A stretch of 64,000 bases of DNA. Source: Haliotis rubra. Taxonomy: Eukaryota. Under the pieces are notes generated by a model that searched no databases, was not told where the DNA came from, and saw nothing but the letters and a program-made list of their open reading frames with translations. The translations under genes and the position numbers were made by a program. The stretch is taken from contig NW_025767134.1 of assembly GCF_003918875.1 (NCBI RefSeq), positions 744,001-808,000 on the forward strand, given 5' to 3'. Positions 27,401-41,755 of the stretch are shown piece after piece (the stretch's first letter is position 1; the number at the start of each line of letters is the position of its first letter).

Positions 27401-27645
27401 TATCTCCCTTCTTGCCAGCCACACAACCCTCTGTACACGCAACGCGAGAGTTATTCACCCGACAACGAGAGTTTTTACATGTATCTGGACACCTGTTTTC
27501 ACACTGTTCGCCATAAAACCTGGAATCTCGACACTGCAGACACTCTCCAGATGACGTCAGGTTGAGGCAGCGGGTAGACACGCACCGTCAACGCAGGTGG
27601 AGTTGTTTCCGTCGCAGATGGTGCAGGCATCCCTTGAAGAAGTAG
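24407..27645 (-). CDS. Gene C: EGF-repeat receptor with YWEI/CDL tail; 1-bp deletion in first EGF exon (pseudogene or assembly error)
   Basis: Exons 27645-27080 (566 bp; CTACCCGC instead of CTACCCCGC near 27572), 26491-25985 (EGF), 25389-25284 (TM IICGLLAAMALMCGAFAGI), 24944-24407 (DYWTKKYWEIYDNDLDS ... LIQKTDSIIFIEQNCDLASVNVSYLSPDK). Confidence 0.85.
25510..25672 (+). mobile_element. tRNA-derived SINE family 1, full length
   Basis: ggggcggtggggtagtctagtggttaaagcg..gggttcgaatcccc head; 13-bp TSD tcttcttagacgg (25497-25509 / 25673-25685). Confidence 0.92.
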
Positions 27646-30600
27646 CTGCATTCAAGAATAATACAGGAAAATCAAGAATGCAATACAGGTGTAGCTGTTT
27701 ATATTTATAATATTCGTTCTTAAGTTTGTATATCAGATACACGCCACCTTAAAGAAAAGACACATTTCGGAGACTAAAAGTATTGAAACATTTCTTTCAA
27801 GGCTCGTTTGTTTGTTTGTTTGATTGTTTGTGTACCACCACAATCAGCAATATCCCAGCTACATGGCAGTGGTCTGTAAATACTCGAGTCTGGACCACAC
27901 AATCCAGTAATTATCTACAGCCATTAGAACTAGATGCCGGGCATCATACTGGATGGAAACGGATCCAAAGATTTGCCAAAGGGATACAGGTTACTGCAAG
28001 AGGGTCTTTATCTTGATGTTAAATATCTCCCAACCGCATATTGATATATGTGATTGTTTAAATATTTTAGACTTGAGATGGTCAGTTTGGAATCTTTAAA
28101 TGCTGAAGTATTTTACAACCAACCTCAGAGGTATATGTAGTTAACTGTTCACATTTGATGTTGTTTGATAATATTAATAAAGGATCAAAGCCCGCTCCTT
28201 AGCTCACTCACTCTCACCTACCAGTAAGAACATACGCAACAAAATGCAACAAAGACTGTGCAAGGTTTACCCTTTAACAATGCGAAAATCAGTCACAAAC
28301 CTGTTTTCAAAAGAATAAACAAGCCGAACGTCACCAAAATCGAAATCCCGTGACGGGATTGTTCAAAGGGGAATACTGGAACGCGCCGAACCCTCATGTC
28401 TCTGGCTGCACTGCGCTGAAACACAGGAGGACCGGATATATGTATAAACTAACTCAAATAATATCCTGTGAGAGTCTTGTACATTCACTGTAGGTTTATA
28501 CATTGCTGATAACTCTCGTAACAAGTGGTTACGAAAGTACTGATACAGTTGAACCCATTTAATGAGGACAAAATTGTCGCCGTGCAGACATCCGGGTTAG
28601 TGATTCTCCGGATAAAACACATCATGGAGTAATGTCCCTTTGTACACGTGAAAGTATTAAACGTCACATGCAGGGTTTCAGGATTGCATGGTCAATAAGT
28701 CAATGTACATAATAAATAACCACAATTTATAAACATATATATTCTCTGTACATGTAAAACTTCAAGTTTCGCAATATTTCTTCGTTTTCTCAATCCCTCT
28801 TGCCTGTGGCAAATCTTTTGGTCGGCATTACTGTTAATTTTATGAGATTTGCATGGAGTGGAAATATGTCCAATTCAGTGGATACTCTCAGGAAAATGCT
28901 TCTGTTTTTTTCAAACTGAATCAATAGTTTTACTCTAAACTTTACGATATATATAACGACTGACCTCCAGTAAGCTCACCGCCCATCAGGTTCACCAGGC
29001 TCCACGTTGGACAGAAACTGAAAGGTCAAAGTGTATGAACCAACCGTCTCAACACCAGCTCCCCACAGGCTCAACTTACACTGTCTTTCTTCCAGTAATT
29101 ATTCTTAAATTAGAGATGCATGTCTTGAATTGAGGTGAATTTGTTATTGTGTTTCATTGTCCGTATGTGTGGGTTTGTGTTTTTATTCTGTATTCATCGA
29201 GTACCGAATAGCATACGCATCACTATATAATAGATTCCATAGTCCATAGTCTATATTGAAAATAGGAAGTCACAGTATTGTCAACTGCCAACTTACATGG
29301 TCTGTGGGTGATTACTAATTTGGCAATTTACAACATCATCAGGTAGTTCCGGTCCCATATGAATAACATAACGAAAGGGTGATATCATATTTGTAACATA
29401 TTTACCGTTTAGATACTGGCAGTGAAATTATTGACAAGGTACATATGAATTAATATTACTGACATCCAAACATTGAGTTACGTCATGAGAATAAACCCTT
29501 ATGCTAAAAAGCTATTTACCATCTATACTTCATTTGAGTTGGACGAATAGTAAACGGAGATGGTAATGTTAATGTAATATGAAAAATGATGAAACTGAGG
29601 CAACTTCATCATATATGCGTCACCGTGGCACATATGTTTACCATTCAACTCTATTCCTCACACATGGAGAACCCAGTGGCAGAAGCTCTGGCACGACACG
29701 AAGACGAGAGTTGGATGTCATACATGAGTTCAACGTGAAGTCCATTTTCTCCATAACGTTTTCATCCACTTACTTACTGACACATACATCGGCCTAGGGT
29801 ACTGTGACAACATTTATTGAAAGGGTGAAACACTCACCTACCTTTGAGGACACAAGCAATCTTGTTAAGGATTGTTTCTGCACAAATGAACGTGTGACTC
29901 CACTGTCCTTGACACAGCATATGACATAGTTTATGTGGGTTTACGGAAGAACATCATACGTTGTAATCTTGGGTTTGCAGTTTTGCAGAATAACATTAAC
30001 CAAACGAATCGTATCATTAAATTAATGGAAGTGATCTGCCATTGTCTTACATTAACACTAACATCAACCGTGGCATATAGCTTCTTGGCACAACTTTGTT
30101 TTGCTTAAACAAGATACATTAATAAATTGCCATCACAGCTGATCTTAGAATTCCTTTAATTACGAACCATACAAACAGAAGAGTTCACATAAGTAACACC
30201 TATACGAAATCACACTGTGCTTATTTAAATTCAAATGACAAGTTCGTGTGTGTTGGAACTGTGTAAGTATGTATGGTAGAGGACACGTCACGTGACAAGG
30301 TCATGATAAACATTTCCTTATAGTCATGATAAATGTTCAAAAAATGTCTGAAGGTGTTTCGCTGCACATTTATTATTGTTTGCACCGAGAACTAAATGAT
30401 TTGATGACAACTATTCTCACCCATGTGAGGTTTAAACTTTTGATGATAATTTTGATACATTTGATAACAAACGACACGTTGGGCCGTGATACATAATTAC
30501 AACATAATAACAACATAATTACTGGTCAATAGGATTTTAAGCATGTAGTTCTTCTGGGAGAGCTGATGGGCTGTGCTCATTACATGTCATGGGGGTGCCA

Positions 30601-31477
30601 CTACTCAGATGATTAATCCCTAATTAATCCCTGTAGTTAATTCGGGATGTAGCTCAAATGGGATGTAGTTCTTATGGGAGTAAACCGATAACTTACAACT
30701 TTCACAGGAGTACACACATTCCATGGTCTAGATTATCAGTTGTCCTACGACTAGGCGCCTGACTCTGAGGATGAAGGTTAATGTACTAGAATCTGTACTT
30801 TACTTAGAAAGTGTAATCCCAGATATAACATGTGTTAAACGACACTGTGGTAAGAGCGTCTATAATTTGCTATTCAGCATCAGGGATCGATTCTGTTGAT
30901 CAAATTAGATATCAAAGCAGACAATGTTGATAATTCGAACACAGTTCCTGGACAGGGTTTCACTGCAATAATTTCCTCAGCTCAAAACATAAAGTAAATA
31001 TGATTACTAGGAAATATATAAGTGACCCTGACCTCACGAAACTGTTTACAAAGCAACTCTTTATATAATAAATGTGTATGTGTATAAGTGACATTTATCA
31101 AAGAAGCTGTGGGTTAGGTTTCAGGTTCTTGTGCCTGTTGTGTGTCCACGAGAAAATCCTAAAAGAAATACCTATGATAGTATTCATGCATTTGGCAATA
31201 AGTCAGTTAGCTTGTATAGTTAGGTAATGTTCTCAGTGAATATAAACGTAGACTCAAAACAACCCATACCGATTGGCATGGAGTGCCGCAAAATAAATTA
31301 TAATCAACATGCGCAATGTTCTTGTAGTTCGCAAACAACAAGTAAACAATTTTACATTAGACGTTCATACTTATGCATGCATGTATATGTGTGTGTGTGT
31401 GCGTGCATGCGTTCGCGTGTGTATATATATATTGTAGACATGAATTACTATTAACCGTTATACAAACTACCCACAAT

Positions 31478-31656
31478 AGGGGCGGTGAGGTAGTCTAGTG
31501 GTTTAAGCGTTCGCTCGTCATGCTGAAGACCCGGTATCGATTCCCAACATGGGTACAATGTGTGAAGCCCATTTCTGGTGTTCCGCGCAGTGATATTGCT
31601 GGGCTATTGCTAACATCGGCGTAAAACCATGCTCACCCACTCACTCACTCACTCAC
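31478..31656 (+). mobile_element. tRNA-derived SINE family 1
   Basis: Same head and body, (ACTC)n tail, short TSD cacaata. Confidence 0.88.
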
Positions 31657-32157
31657 AATAACGAAAGTTACGCCTGAACATTCAATTTCTGTACTGTCGG
31701 GAATTTACTTATATGCGCTTATGACACCTTACGCTCTAGGACGCTAGTGACACTCAGGCTATGTATGTTCATAACAAAAGTGTTTCAGTGACAGAAGTCC
31801 AACATTTATTCAGAGACATAGATAATATATGCATGATAACAACATATGTTTAGTTGTGTATATATACAGTGGCTTGCATTAAGTGATACTTCATATTAGA
31901 AAACAACGACACAGGGAGAGGTTTGTTTCTCATCTTATTTACAAGGCGGAAGAAAATAACGAAACAGCTTTTCTATAAAATATATCATCTGTACAATATA
32001 TTAGAATATTTAGCTAGAAACAGTTGAAATATATCTCTACTTTGTTTGTAACCAGGATGAACCACCAGAATTACAAAACATGGATACAATTTTCTTTGGA
32101 CTTTAGTTGTTAAATCATTGTTTATTCAATAACATAATCACCAAGCTTTATATATCA

Positions 32158-34927
32158 TTACTTAGTCATGTTGTCAGACTGAATGGCAACTTTTCCGGGT
32201 GTGAGATATCGCACATACACTTGTGACAAGTCGCAGTTTCGCTCTATTGATACGATTGAATTGGTCTTCCTGACCAATCGTTGTGTGTTAGTGGATAAGC
32301 AGCTAAGACTGATATTACACCTATCATGGACCAGTTTCTTCCTTGATTCAAACAAGTCCGAAAGTGAGGAAGACTTCCACAAAAAAGGATGGTGAACTTC
32401 TCTACCATCAGATGCATTGTCAGGTTCATCGTCTTCTGTCAGGTTCGCCTTTGGATTCATGTCCAGTCCACCATGCTTGAAACAGGAGTCACGAGTTTCC
32501 TTTACCCAGTTGGATCTTGTTTCAGACTGCATGACCAGTGGGACAGAGGGAGGAGGTTGTTGAGCAGTGGACATTTCCTTCCTTATGACGTCATTTTCAT
32601 TAACATTGGTCACTGTGTGTCCATTGAGAGACAAAATGCTTACATACGAATTGATATCTGTGTCTTTATCGTGTATTTCCCAGTAGTTCTGTGCCCAATA
32701 ATCACGGCCATCGCGGTTGGTACCATTCCTCTCGTTCACTGTGGATTTGGTGGTCTTTCTGTAAAATACACACACTTGTACACTTAGAATCGTGATATAA
32801 CAATAGGCATTATCCGTCTTTAGATCTTCTATTTTACGTAATTGTCAATTATCATTAGACGTTGGTATGAATATAGATTGATAATATATACATAGGTAAA
32901 ATATTTGAAATAAATGTTTTAACCGTCTCTATTTGACATAAATCGTTACCTTTTTCGGCATTGGGCCTTTCGTCTTGCAAGATTGACCACAACACATGTT
33001 GATCCAATAAGTACAACCACGCCCAGAATTCCTGCAATAACCTGTAGCGTGTGGTATGTGTATCCTGGATAAAGATCAAAACACATGATGGACAAATATG
33101 TTAGTTTATATAAGAGTAATGGTAAATCTTGTATAAAAAGTAAATGTTAGGGTAGCTCTTTTTTAGTTAAAGAACCCGTGAAGATTCGGGTTAGATTGGC
33201 CTTCAGTTACCCATGCTTGTTGTAAGAGGCGACTAACGGGATCGGATGGTTAGGCTCACTGACTTGGTTAACACGTGTCTTCGTATCCTAATTGCGTACA
33301 TCGATGTTCATGATGTTGATCACTGGATTCTCTGGTCCAGACTCGATTATTTACAGACCGCCGCCATATAGCTGGAATATTGCTGAGTGCGGCGTTAAAC
33401 CACAATCAATCAATCAATCTTGAGTCAAAGGGAGAGGCAGATGCATTTCATACGTTCACAACGCAAAATTGGAAATATGAAACCAAGTCGGTTATTGTTT
33501 CCTTGTTTTATAACCAGCTGATCTGAAATTGGATCAGCTGTGACTATAAATGGAATGTTCAAATAATTATGATAAGCATATGATAATCATAAAGCTGGTG
33601 ATGTGTTCAATACATATTACTATACTTTACAGTCTGAATGATCTAGTAATACATTTTACCGTTATATATATAATAAAATAAACTACTTACGTGTCCCACA
33701 GGTGTGTTGTGACAGTTGTCGCCTATACAGTGGAAGCAGTGTCCGTCACAGTAGAGGAACTGAGGCCCGCATCTGAGACACATCTCTTCACTACTGACAG
33801 ATGAATAAAACACATTCATTAAATTTATAGACGATCTATAGATGTACACGTTTATAAGTTAAAAGTCGCCTTAGGTGGCGTATTCTTTATAAATTTATTT
33901 TATATATGATCCCTTGTAGAATGAATGCTGCGCCCTTGATCAACTGTTTAATATGTTCGTCAATGCTATTCAAAAGAAGTATAATTTAAATGAGTAAAAG
34001 ATACATATAATCTATACAGTACCTTCCTATGTGATCAGAGTCACATCTGTCACACTCCCCTGTTTCTTTGTCACACCCATCTGTACATATGGAAGGACAT
34101 TTCGTCCTACACATGGGACCGTGAAACCGAGGATTCTGACATGGACCCACGCAGTCAACACCAAAACGTTCACACTGTGTACAGGCAGCATCACAGTTCA
34201 CTCCACAGTTATCTCCCTTCTTGCCGGCCACACATCCCTCTGCACACGCAACACGGGTGTTGTTTATCTGACAGCGAGAGTTGAGACAGGTGTCTGGACA
34301 GTCATGTTCACAGTGTTTACCATAGAAGCTGGAGTCCAGACACTGGAGACACTGTCCCGATGACGTCACGCTGACACAACGAGGTAGACACACACCGTCA
34401 ACACAGGTCACGTTGTTACCGTCACAGTTGGTGCAAGGTGTATTCGAAGAAATAGCTAGTGCTGCAGTGAGACCCAAATCTATATTCAGACTCAAGCCCA
34501 AACAATGTTAAACAGTCCATGCATTTATACGCATTTAAACGATTCCTTCAGTTCAGCAGAAGACAAGAGCTCTAAAGGTTTGTAAATTCGATATGTATTC
34601 ATATTGGGTTTTCTGTCACATTTCAGTAAACAGATTCCCTGCAAAATATGCAATAAATAATAAAAATCTCACTACACATAAACCACTTTAAAACTTCAAT
34701 GATGTCTCCAGAATTTCAGGATATTTTCCTGCATTGTATCCCACAGCAAACAACACACACAATCGCGGTGTTTTACTACCATGTGTCCATACATTGTAGA
34801 AACATATACCCTGTTTGGAGTTTTCGATAATACCAAAGCAATTAACCAGACGAGCATACCCGATTTACTATGTTGCAACAAAATACATACCTGTTTCGAA
34901 AAGCAGCAACTTCGCTAGAACCAGCAT
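32158..34927 (-). CDS. Gene D: EGF-repeat receptor with YWEI/CDL tail; probable 1-bp deletion before the TM exon
   Basis: Leader 34927-34891 (MLVLAKLLLFET), EGF 34461-34005, small Cys exon 33793-33691 (ends phase 0 as written; one extra base at ~33700 would give TPCG and phase 1), TM 33064-32950 (VIAGILGVVVLIGSTCVVVNL), tail 32758-32158 (DYWAQNYWEIHDKD ... LVRKTNSIVSIERNCDLSQVYVRYLTPGK). Confidence 0.8.
33172..33418 (+). mobile_element. SINE family 2 copy
   Basis: cccatgcttgttgtaagaggcgactaacggg core, gctggaatattgctgagtgcggcgttaaac end, (CAAT)n tail. Confidence 0.85.
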
Positions 34928-36149
34928 GACTGACGTGAACCTTGTCTCACAACTATTTTGTGACACGGGCGGGCCTTCAGTATCATGAAACTAATGACAG
35001 GGAAGTTTCAATGTTAATACAATTAATTACGAGTTTGGCAGTCCAGATTTACTACCGAACAGTATGTGTTGATATTTTGTGTACCTATGAATGTTCAGCA
35101 TACATTGACCTTCCTGAATTTTGTGTTCACATTAACAATCATATTCTTATATTCATGATACATATACCTGCATGTCTGTAGGTTTTTGTGGGGCAAACAA
35201 TAATTAGTATTCAACCTATGTGATAATACTATTTGAAGCTTTTTTCAATAAATTTACTCAAAACCCAGCACCGAAAACAAGCACATACAAAAAACAAAAT
35301 CAAGTAGCAATTCATGTATTGTGAATTCAGCATCATGTTGTAGGAACAATATTCCCCACACCTGACCTCATTACGTAAATCAAGGACATACATGCATGTA
35401 TGCATGTCAGTTCTATTCAGACGCTTCTCAGTTTACACTACCATCATGAGCATACATTGTACAACAAAACAAATACTAGCTTCCGGTTATTCGGTTAAAT
35501 GCTATGTCCTGTTTTGTGTGTTATTACACTTTTGGAAATGTATCGCGACTGTTTGATGAGGAATATATATCGACATTTGTGTGCATATGATGCTTTTATC
35601 TATTTCCGAAATTCTTTATGTAAACAATATAAATACATTTATTACAAAATCGCATGTCGCATGATTTAACTACAAGGAAACTGTAACTGAAAAAGAAACA
35701 CAGAAATGATTATGTCCTGAAGCTATTGTTTTAAATTATTCAACAAAAGCCAAAGGACAATGATCGTTTTTCAATGTCGATGTATTTTGTTTTAAACCAA
35801 AACTTATCCATTGTACCCCTGTGTCAGCTGTATGTGAAATCTGTACAGGAATGAAACTACATCTCTGCTACTGGTGTGTTACGGTGAATATTGGTACATA
35901 AAATTAGATAATGAATTATTGTAATAATTGATGCTCTTTTTTGTGTAGATATCATGTTCAAAGCGTACATTTTCGCCACGGTTAATTGATTTCTGTGCCC
36001 CCGATTTTCCTCCCGTGTTTCTTGACGTCTGTACAAGCCAAGCTGCCTGTGAACATTACTAGTAACGTTATAATCTCATCCTACCTATACGTATTATACC
36101 TATTTAATGCCAACTGACACCACTTTAATGCCAACTGATACCACTTCAA

Positions 36150-36385
36150 TGAAAATCAGGGTTAGAATTCAGCAACCCATACTTAGCGACTAACAGGATG
36201 GGGTGGTCTCTCTCGCTGACACGGTTGGCACATGTAATTGTATACATGTACCAACAATTATTGTGTAGGTCGATGCTCAGGTTGTTGATCACTGGATTGT
36301 CTGGTCCCAGCTCGATTATTTACAGACCGCTGCCATACAGTTGGAATACTGCTGAGTGCGGCGTTAAACAACAAACAAACCAAAC
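36150..36385 (+). mobile_element. SINE family 2 copy
   Basis: Aligns to 33172-33418, with an (AAAC)n tail. Confidence 0.8.
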
Positions 36386-36689
36386 ATCAGAATGGTTAAG
36401 TGTGGGACTGGGGGAAACCCTAGAAACCCCCTAGAATCCAGCGGCTCAGTACGGTTCATTACAAATGTCATAGTTCTTGCTCCTCAACTTCAGTGTTCTG
36501 AGAGAAAAGGTTTCTTGATTATTTTGTAAGCTCACCATGAACTAGAATCTCTATTTTACTTGAAAAGTGCAATATTAGGTATAACACGTGCTATATTTTA
36601 GACACTGATGCCAAGATTCTATCCAAACACACTGTATTGTACATTGGCTGAGCACATAACATTATGCTAATGGTTAATATTACATAGCA

Positions 36690-36808
36690 CATGATGCTGT
36701 TGTTCACTGGATTGTCTCGTCTAGACTCGATTATTTACAGACCGCCGCCATATAGCTGGAATAGTGCTGAGTGCGGTGTAAAACTAAACACACTCACTCA
36801 CTCACCCA
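36690..36808 (+). mobile_element. SINE family 2, 3' fragment
   Basis: cactggattgtct..agactcgattatttacagaccgccgccatatagctggaat. Confidence 0.8.
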
Positions 36809-37006
36809 CAGCACATGAAGTGCTGGCTCAGGTCAGAGATCTCTCCATCCATGGAATACATGATAATAGAAGGGTTGAAAATTACATCAAAATGAACAAA
36901 ACGAGGATGTGATTACATTTTTATTTTCTACTCTATATGTGTACATTCCAATCGTTTTTCTGTACATTGTAAAAGATAAAGGGCAATGATTTACATGCCA
37001 GATGAT

Positions 37007-40000
37007 TTAAGTTTGGGACTTTGGCGTGAGGTATTTGACGCTGACTTTTGACAAGTCGCAGTTTTTCTCAATGAAGAGAACTGAATCAGTCTTTTCAATC
37101 AACCTTTTTGTGTCGAGTGACATCTGACAATAATCAATATCAGTTTCACTTTTAGCTGAGGCAAGAATTGAATCGTCCCCATTATTCAGTACTGAAGACT
37201 CAGTAAAAGGGAACAAGCCATCATCATTATCATCGTGGTACTTCACAGTTGGACGTGCTTCACAAAACGAAGCAGACATATCTAATCCCGCCCCAGTGTC
37301 AGACCCATGACATGTTTCAGTATTGGGAGTCCCTGGATCAGGGTTTACGTTTTGGTCCTCTATTGTATTGGATTCATGCTGTTCCTGTTCCGATTCTGCT
37401 GTTCTCCCAGCAGCCGTGTCTGCTGTAGCAACTGAACATGAACTACGCGCAGAAGGACGAGATGCTTGTTCTGCACGTTGATCGGAGTTGACATCCTGTT
37501 CATTTATTTCCCAGTATCTGTGAGTCCAGTAATCGCCACAGTTGCATCGACGTGTTGTGTCAGTTCGGCAGGAGGCAGGAACCTGACTGGCAAAGACAAA
37601 CACAGAATGTATTTACTACTAGTTTCCTACTCTTGTATCACAAATGGCTGATAAACACATTGAAAGAATTTATATAAAGCTTCGATGACACATGCCTAAT
37701 GATAAACCTATACCAATCGCGACTGAATACTTGACAATATACCATAATGTATATTCAATTCTAGCTTATCATCTGCATTGAAATCTGAGAAAGGCTAGAT
37801 AATCCAAAGAAGGACACGGAAATCACCATGTTAAGGTATAGAGTATGTGGTACAATTGAATTGTGTTAATTGACACGCCGTTGCAAAGAGGTATATACGT
37901 TTACCAATCTGACTACATATCTGCTATACTTACCTACTGCGGCATCGATAACGCTTCATCAGCACTGATACAGCTGCAGCCAAACCTAGCAGCACCACCA
38001 CAACCAGCACGCCGCTGACGATTTTCGTGGTCAGCCTCGGGTCACCTATAACGACATGCATACATGATAACACAAAAGTAAACGTTTAGCAAAGATTTAC
38101 TAATAAATTGAAAACATAGAACAAAACTTTGATGCGTTCATAAAACTTTTCATATTATTTAGAAAGTTGCTATCGCATTAATTTGATTGAGCAGACAAAA
38201 CATTGAACGTGCCCTTACATAATTACCAATTAACTCATGACTAGAAAGCATAACAATGTTCCAGCCGCTTTTATACAGGAATTCAGATGTCTTATCTCAT
38301 TTACAAGTAATTTTATTGCCGGTTATACGTTCATCATATGACCGAAACTAAATTATGTACTCAGAAAACATTTCTGAGGAAAACAAAACTAGTATAAACA
38401 AGGTATGTTTGCCTTGATTACACGCTCCATCCTCACAACGAAGCTTGCAGTATCTTCCTCTGTAACCAGGTTTACAGTTGATGCAGTCGCCTGTCAGTCT
38501 GTAACAGCCACCAATGCAGTTGACTGGACAGTCACGGTGGCAGGCTTCCCCATAGGACCTGCGATCTGTACATGGCTCCACGCAATCATCAGCTAAACGC
38601 TTACACTCTGTGCAGTTTACTGGACAGGAAATATTACAAAATGTGCCTCTATATCCGGGCACACAACTATCACACACCCCTGTTAATTTACCACAAACCT
38701 CTCTGCAGTTAGATGGACACGAGTGATTACAATATTGACCGTAATTCCAGATATTTAGACATCGTCCTATACACTTATTCCCATGGCGTTCGCATGCTGT
38801 ACATAAGGCAGGGCAGTTAATGTTACAGTACTTCCCACGGTACCCTGTCTGGCATGTGTCACAGTGCTCCCCACTGTACCAGGGTTTGCAGCTGTGACAC
38901 ACGCCTGTGTTCTGGTCACACCCATCTCTACACCCAGAGGGGCATACTTCGGTGCAGCTGTTTCCCATGTAACCCTCAGAACAGGTGTTGCATCGCCCTG
39001 TGCTTTTATTGCAACCATTCTTGCAGTCCTCGGGACATGTTGTTTCACATTTGGGACCAAAATACCCAGGGTTCAAACATGGACCTATGCATTCATCCCC
39101 AAAGCAGTGTGTACAAGATGGCGGGCAGTCTACACCACAGTTGTCTCCCCTCTTCCCAGTCACACACCCCTCTGTACAAACGACACGTGAATTGTTCATC
39201 TGACAGCGAGAGTTGCGACATGTGTCTGGACAGACATGTTCACACTGAACACCATGAAATCGGATGTCACGACACATAAGACACTCTCCAGATGACGTCA
39301 CGTTGACACAGCGAGGCACACAGACACCGTCGGCACAGGTCACGTTGTTGCTGTTACAGGCGGAGCACGGTGAAGGACCTTGGACAACAGTGATAAATAC
39401 TGACGCTTTGCATTATGAATGAATAGGTTCTGCTGGTATTGTTGAAACATGTTTGAGCTCAGTATAATAACAATGACTACAAATTGCCAAAGATAGTACC
39501 ATAATCTGATTAAGTAATCTCGTATTTTACCATTTTAAAATTATATGTATATGTTCCTTTCTGTTCAGTAGTAATCATTGTTTACTTGTAGTATTCATGA
39601 TATTTTTCTTCGTTCATCATAACATATTTGAGTTGAGAACAAACCTGTTACAATGGGTACCATGCATATAGCCGCCATCACACAGAACACCGGGGGTCGC
39701 AATACCAGAAAGAAAGGCACCATATTCCTACATGGAAATACAGTAATACACATCATGAAGTAACAGAACCATCTATGGTCGTGATATATCAAGCAATAAT
39801 GACACAATGATCATTTGTTCCAATACTGGTTTGCGTGGATTACGTTTACTATACCAAAGCTCGTTGGTTTCCAAACAAACCTATAGTATTATAGTATTTG
39901 TTACCTCTATTCAAAAACAACTGTCCTGATCACATACGAGGATGCGAATATCAACAGCAATCAGACGTGTTGCTTTTACAATTGTATTTGTAACTTGAAT

Positions 40001-40332
40001 GCAATACATTGAATATACAAGCCCTCATGATGATGATTATTATTATGAGCATAACTTAAAATTACCTTTATGAATCCGATGTGTCCGACAGTTTTCAACT
40101 AGTTACCTCCACAAGTGGGCAGTCGTCTTCTTAACAAACTAGTTGCATGTTACATGTCCTCCTTCAAACCAACAAAACAAACATTATGAGGAAACGGTAA
40201 CTGCAGCCAATATCACTGATTGTTATGAAAGGCGTGTCTTCGTTTAAATAGACACGTACTTAATCTTGAGGAATCCCTGGAGCCCCGAGATGTATGTTGA
40301 CTACCTGCATAGCAAGCACACATATGACTCAT
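37007..40332 (-). CDS. Gene E: EGF-repeat receptor with longest single EGF exon and YWEI/CDL tail
   Basis: Leader 40332-40305 (MSHMCACYA, continuing ASVFITVVQG), EGF 39405-38413 (993 bp; donor would be GC, CAAG|gcaaac), TM 38045-37934 (IVSGVLVVVVLLGLAAAVSVLM), tail 37586-37007 (DYWTHRYWEINEQDVNS ... LIEKTDSVLFIEKNCDLSKVSVKYLTPK). Confidence 0.85.
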
Positions 40333-41755
40333 CGGAGCTGCGTTATATTCCCCGTCATCCACGAGTATTTGACCTTCATTGCAAGGAAATTTGAACTATA
40401 ATTTACATCGTGACTAATGATGTTATATACTGAACCAAAACAGAAACTTCATACTTGGAGAACTTAATTATATTGAAATGAGTAGTACAAGGTAGTACAA
40501 GGTAAATATGACGAATATTATAATGCCAGATCCAATCTGACGCATCTGACCATTTCAACTATGGAGAACCACGCGGGGTGCATGCAGCGCAGCACGTTTG
40601 CGGAGTCACGTGAACACAAATTCATGTACCTAAAATTATTATGGGGAACATTAAACGGTACTGAACAAGTGACAGTACAGATGGCTAGTCCCTGTGAAAT
40701 CAAAATGTCACCCATCGTGCTACTGTTGTCTATGGATGAGGCACCAAGGGCAACTTCATGCCTAATCCTGTTCAGTGTACGCTCATTACATCCATACACC
40801 ACACTGATCCACAAACTTTGTTCTATATGTGTATGTTCGAGACATAAAGTAACACATGTGAAGTCTATTTGATATAGTATATCTCATGTTCTACGAATGT
40901 AAATGTCATCCTGGCAATAATTAATTGTAATTGTAATTGTAATTGTAATTAATCTTTCAAGCTAGATCAGGAAATTGGATGACTAAGTTGTCTACAGGAT
41001 CACAATTCACTGTCCAGAGTTGCTTCCCTTGCCCACTCCGGAAACCTTTGATCATGAGTTCGAATCTTGTTCGTCACTTTAGATCTTAAACCCACACTGG
41101 GTTTACAAGCCATGATATGGCTGGGAAAATGTTAAACCCTACTCACGTACTCATTCACTCAAGTAGATAAAAATACATTTATATTATAAAAACAACAAAT
41201 GTTGGAATATTAATACTGCGCTGCTTTGTTTACATGCTACTTTCGAACCTCTAGATTTGAAGTTAATCGCCCAAACTCTTCACCATGACGTCATATGATA
41301 GACTAAGTTTGGTAAAGACTGAAATTCATGTATATGTATGTTTCACGGGTTTTCATTTTCCTCGTAGATGTGAAGGTACGTGTAAGTTGTCATGTGTGCA
41401 TGTTAAAAAAACTACATGTGAAAACAACTGTGACATTGCTTCGTAACAGCTCAAAAGGAACCTTATTGCGCCTATAAATATGAGAATGAAATTAGGTTTG
41501 TCTCGAACATATACGCGCGACAAAGGGCTATTTTTGGAAGTGTTTCGAAATATATATTGCATACCCACAATTTAAGATCAAGGAATGGAGAAATTAATCT
41601 ATGTTGTTATTTGAAGATCCCATATTCAGTACACCTCACATATGAAAATACATACCAGCATATCACAAAGAAAGCTTTATTGTGGAATATGGATATACAC
41701 AGAACAAGCACTTTTTTTAACAACTAAAATGGTTTCATGGACATTTTTTCACCAA

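Noticed and set aside
32190-32215. VxYLTP read as an ITIM
   Set aside because: Position +3 is Pro (Ala in B) rather than Leu/Val, so it does not meet the ITIM consensus; reported only as a novel Tyr motif.
40518-40872. ~100-aa ORFs at 40.5-40.9 kb and 44.7-45.0 kb repeated at 54.7-55.0 kb and 60.1-60.3 kb
   Set aside because: Their conservation is explained by the recent segmental duplication; no recognisable domain or splice context.
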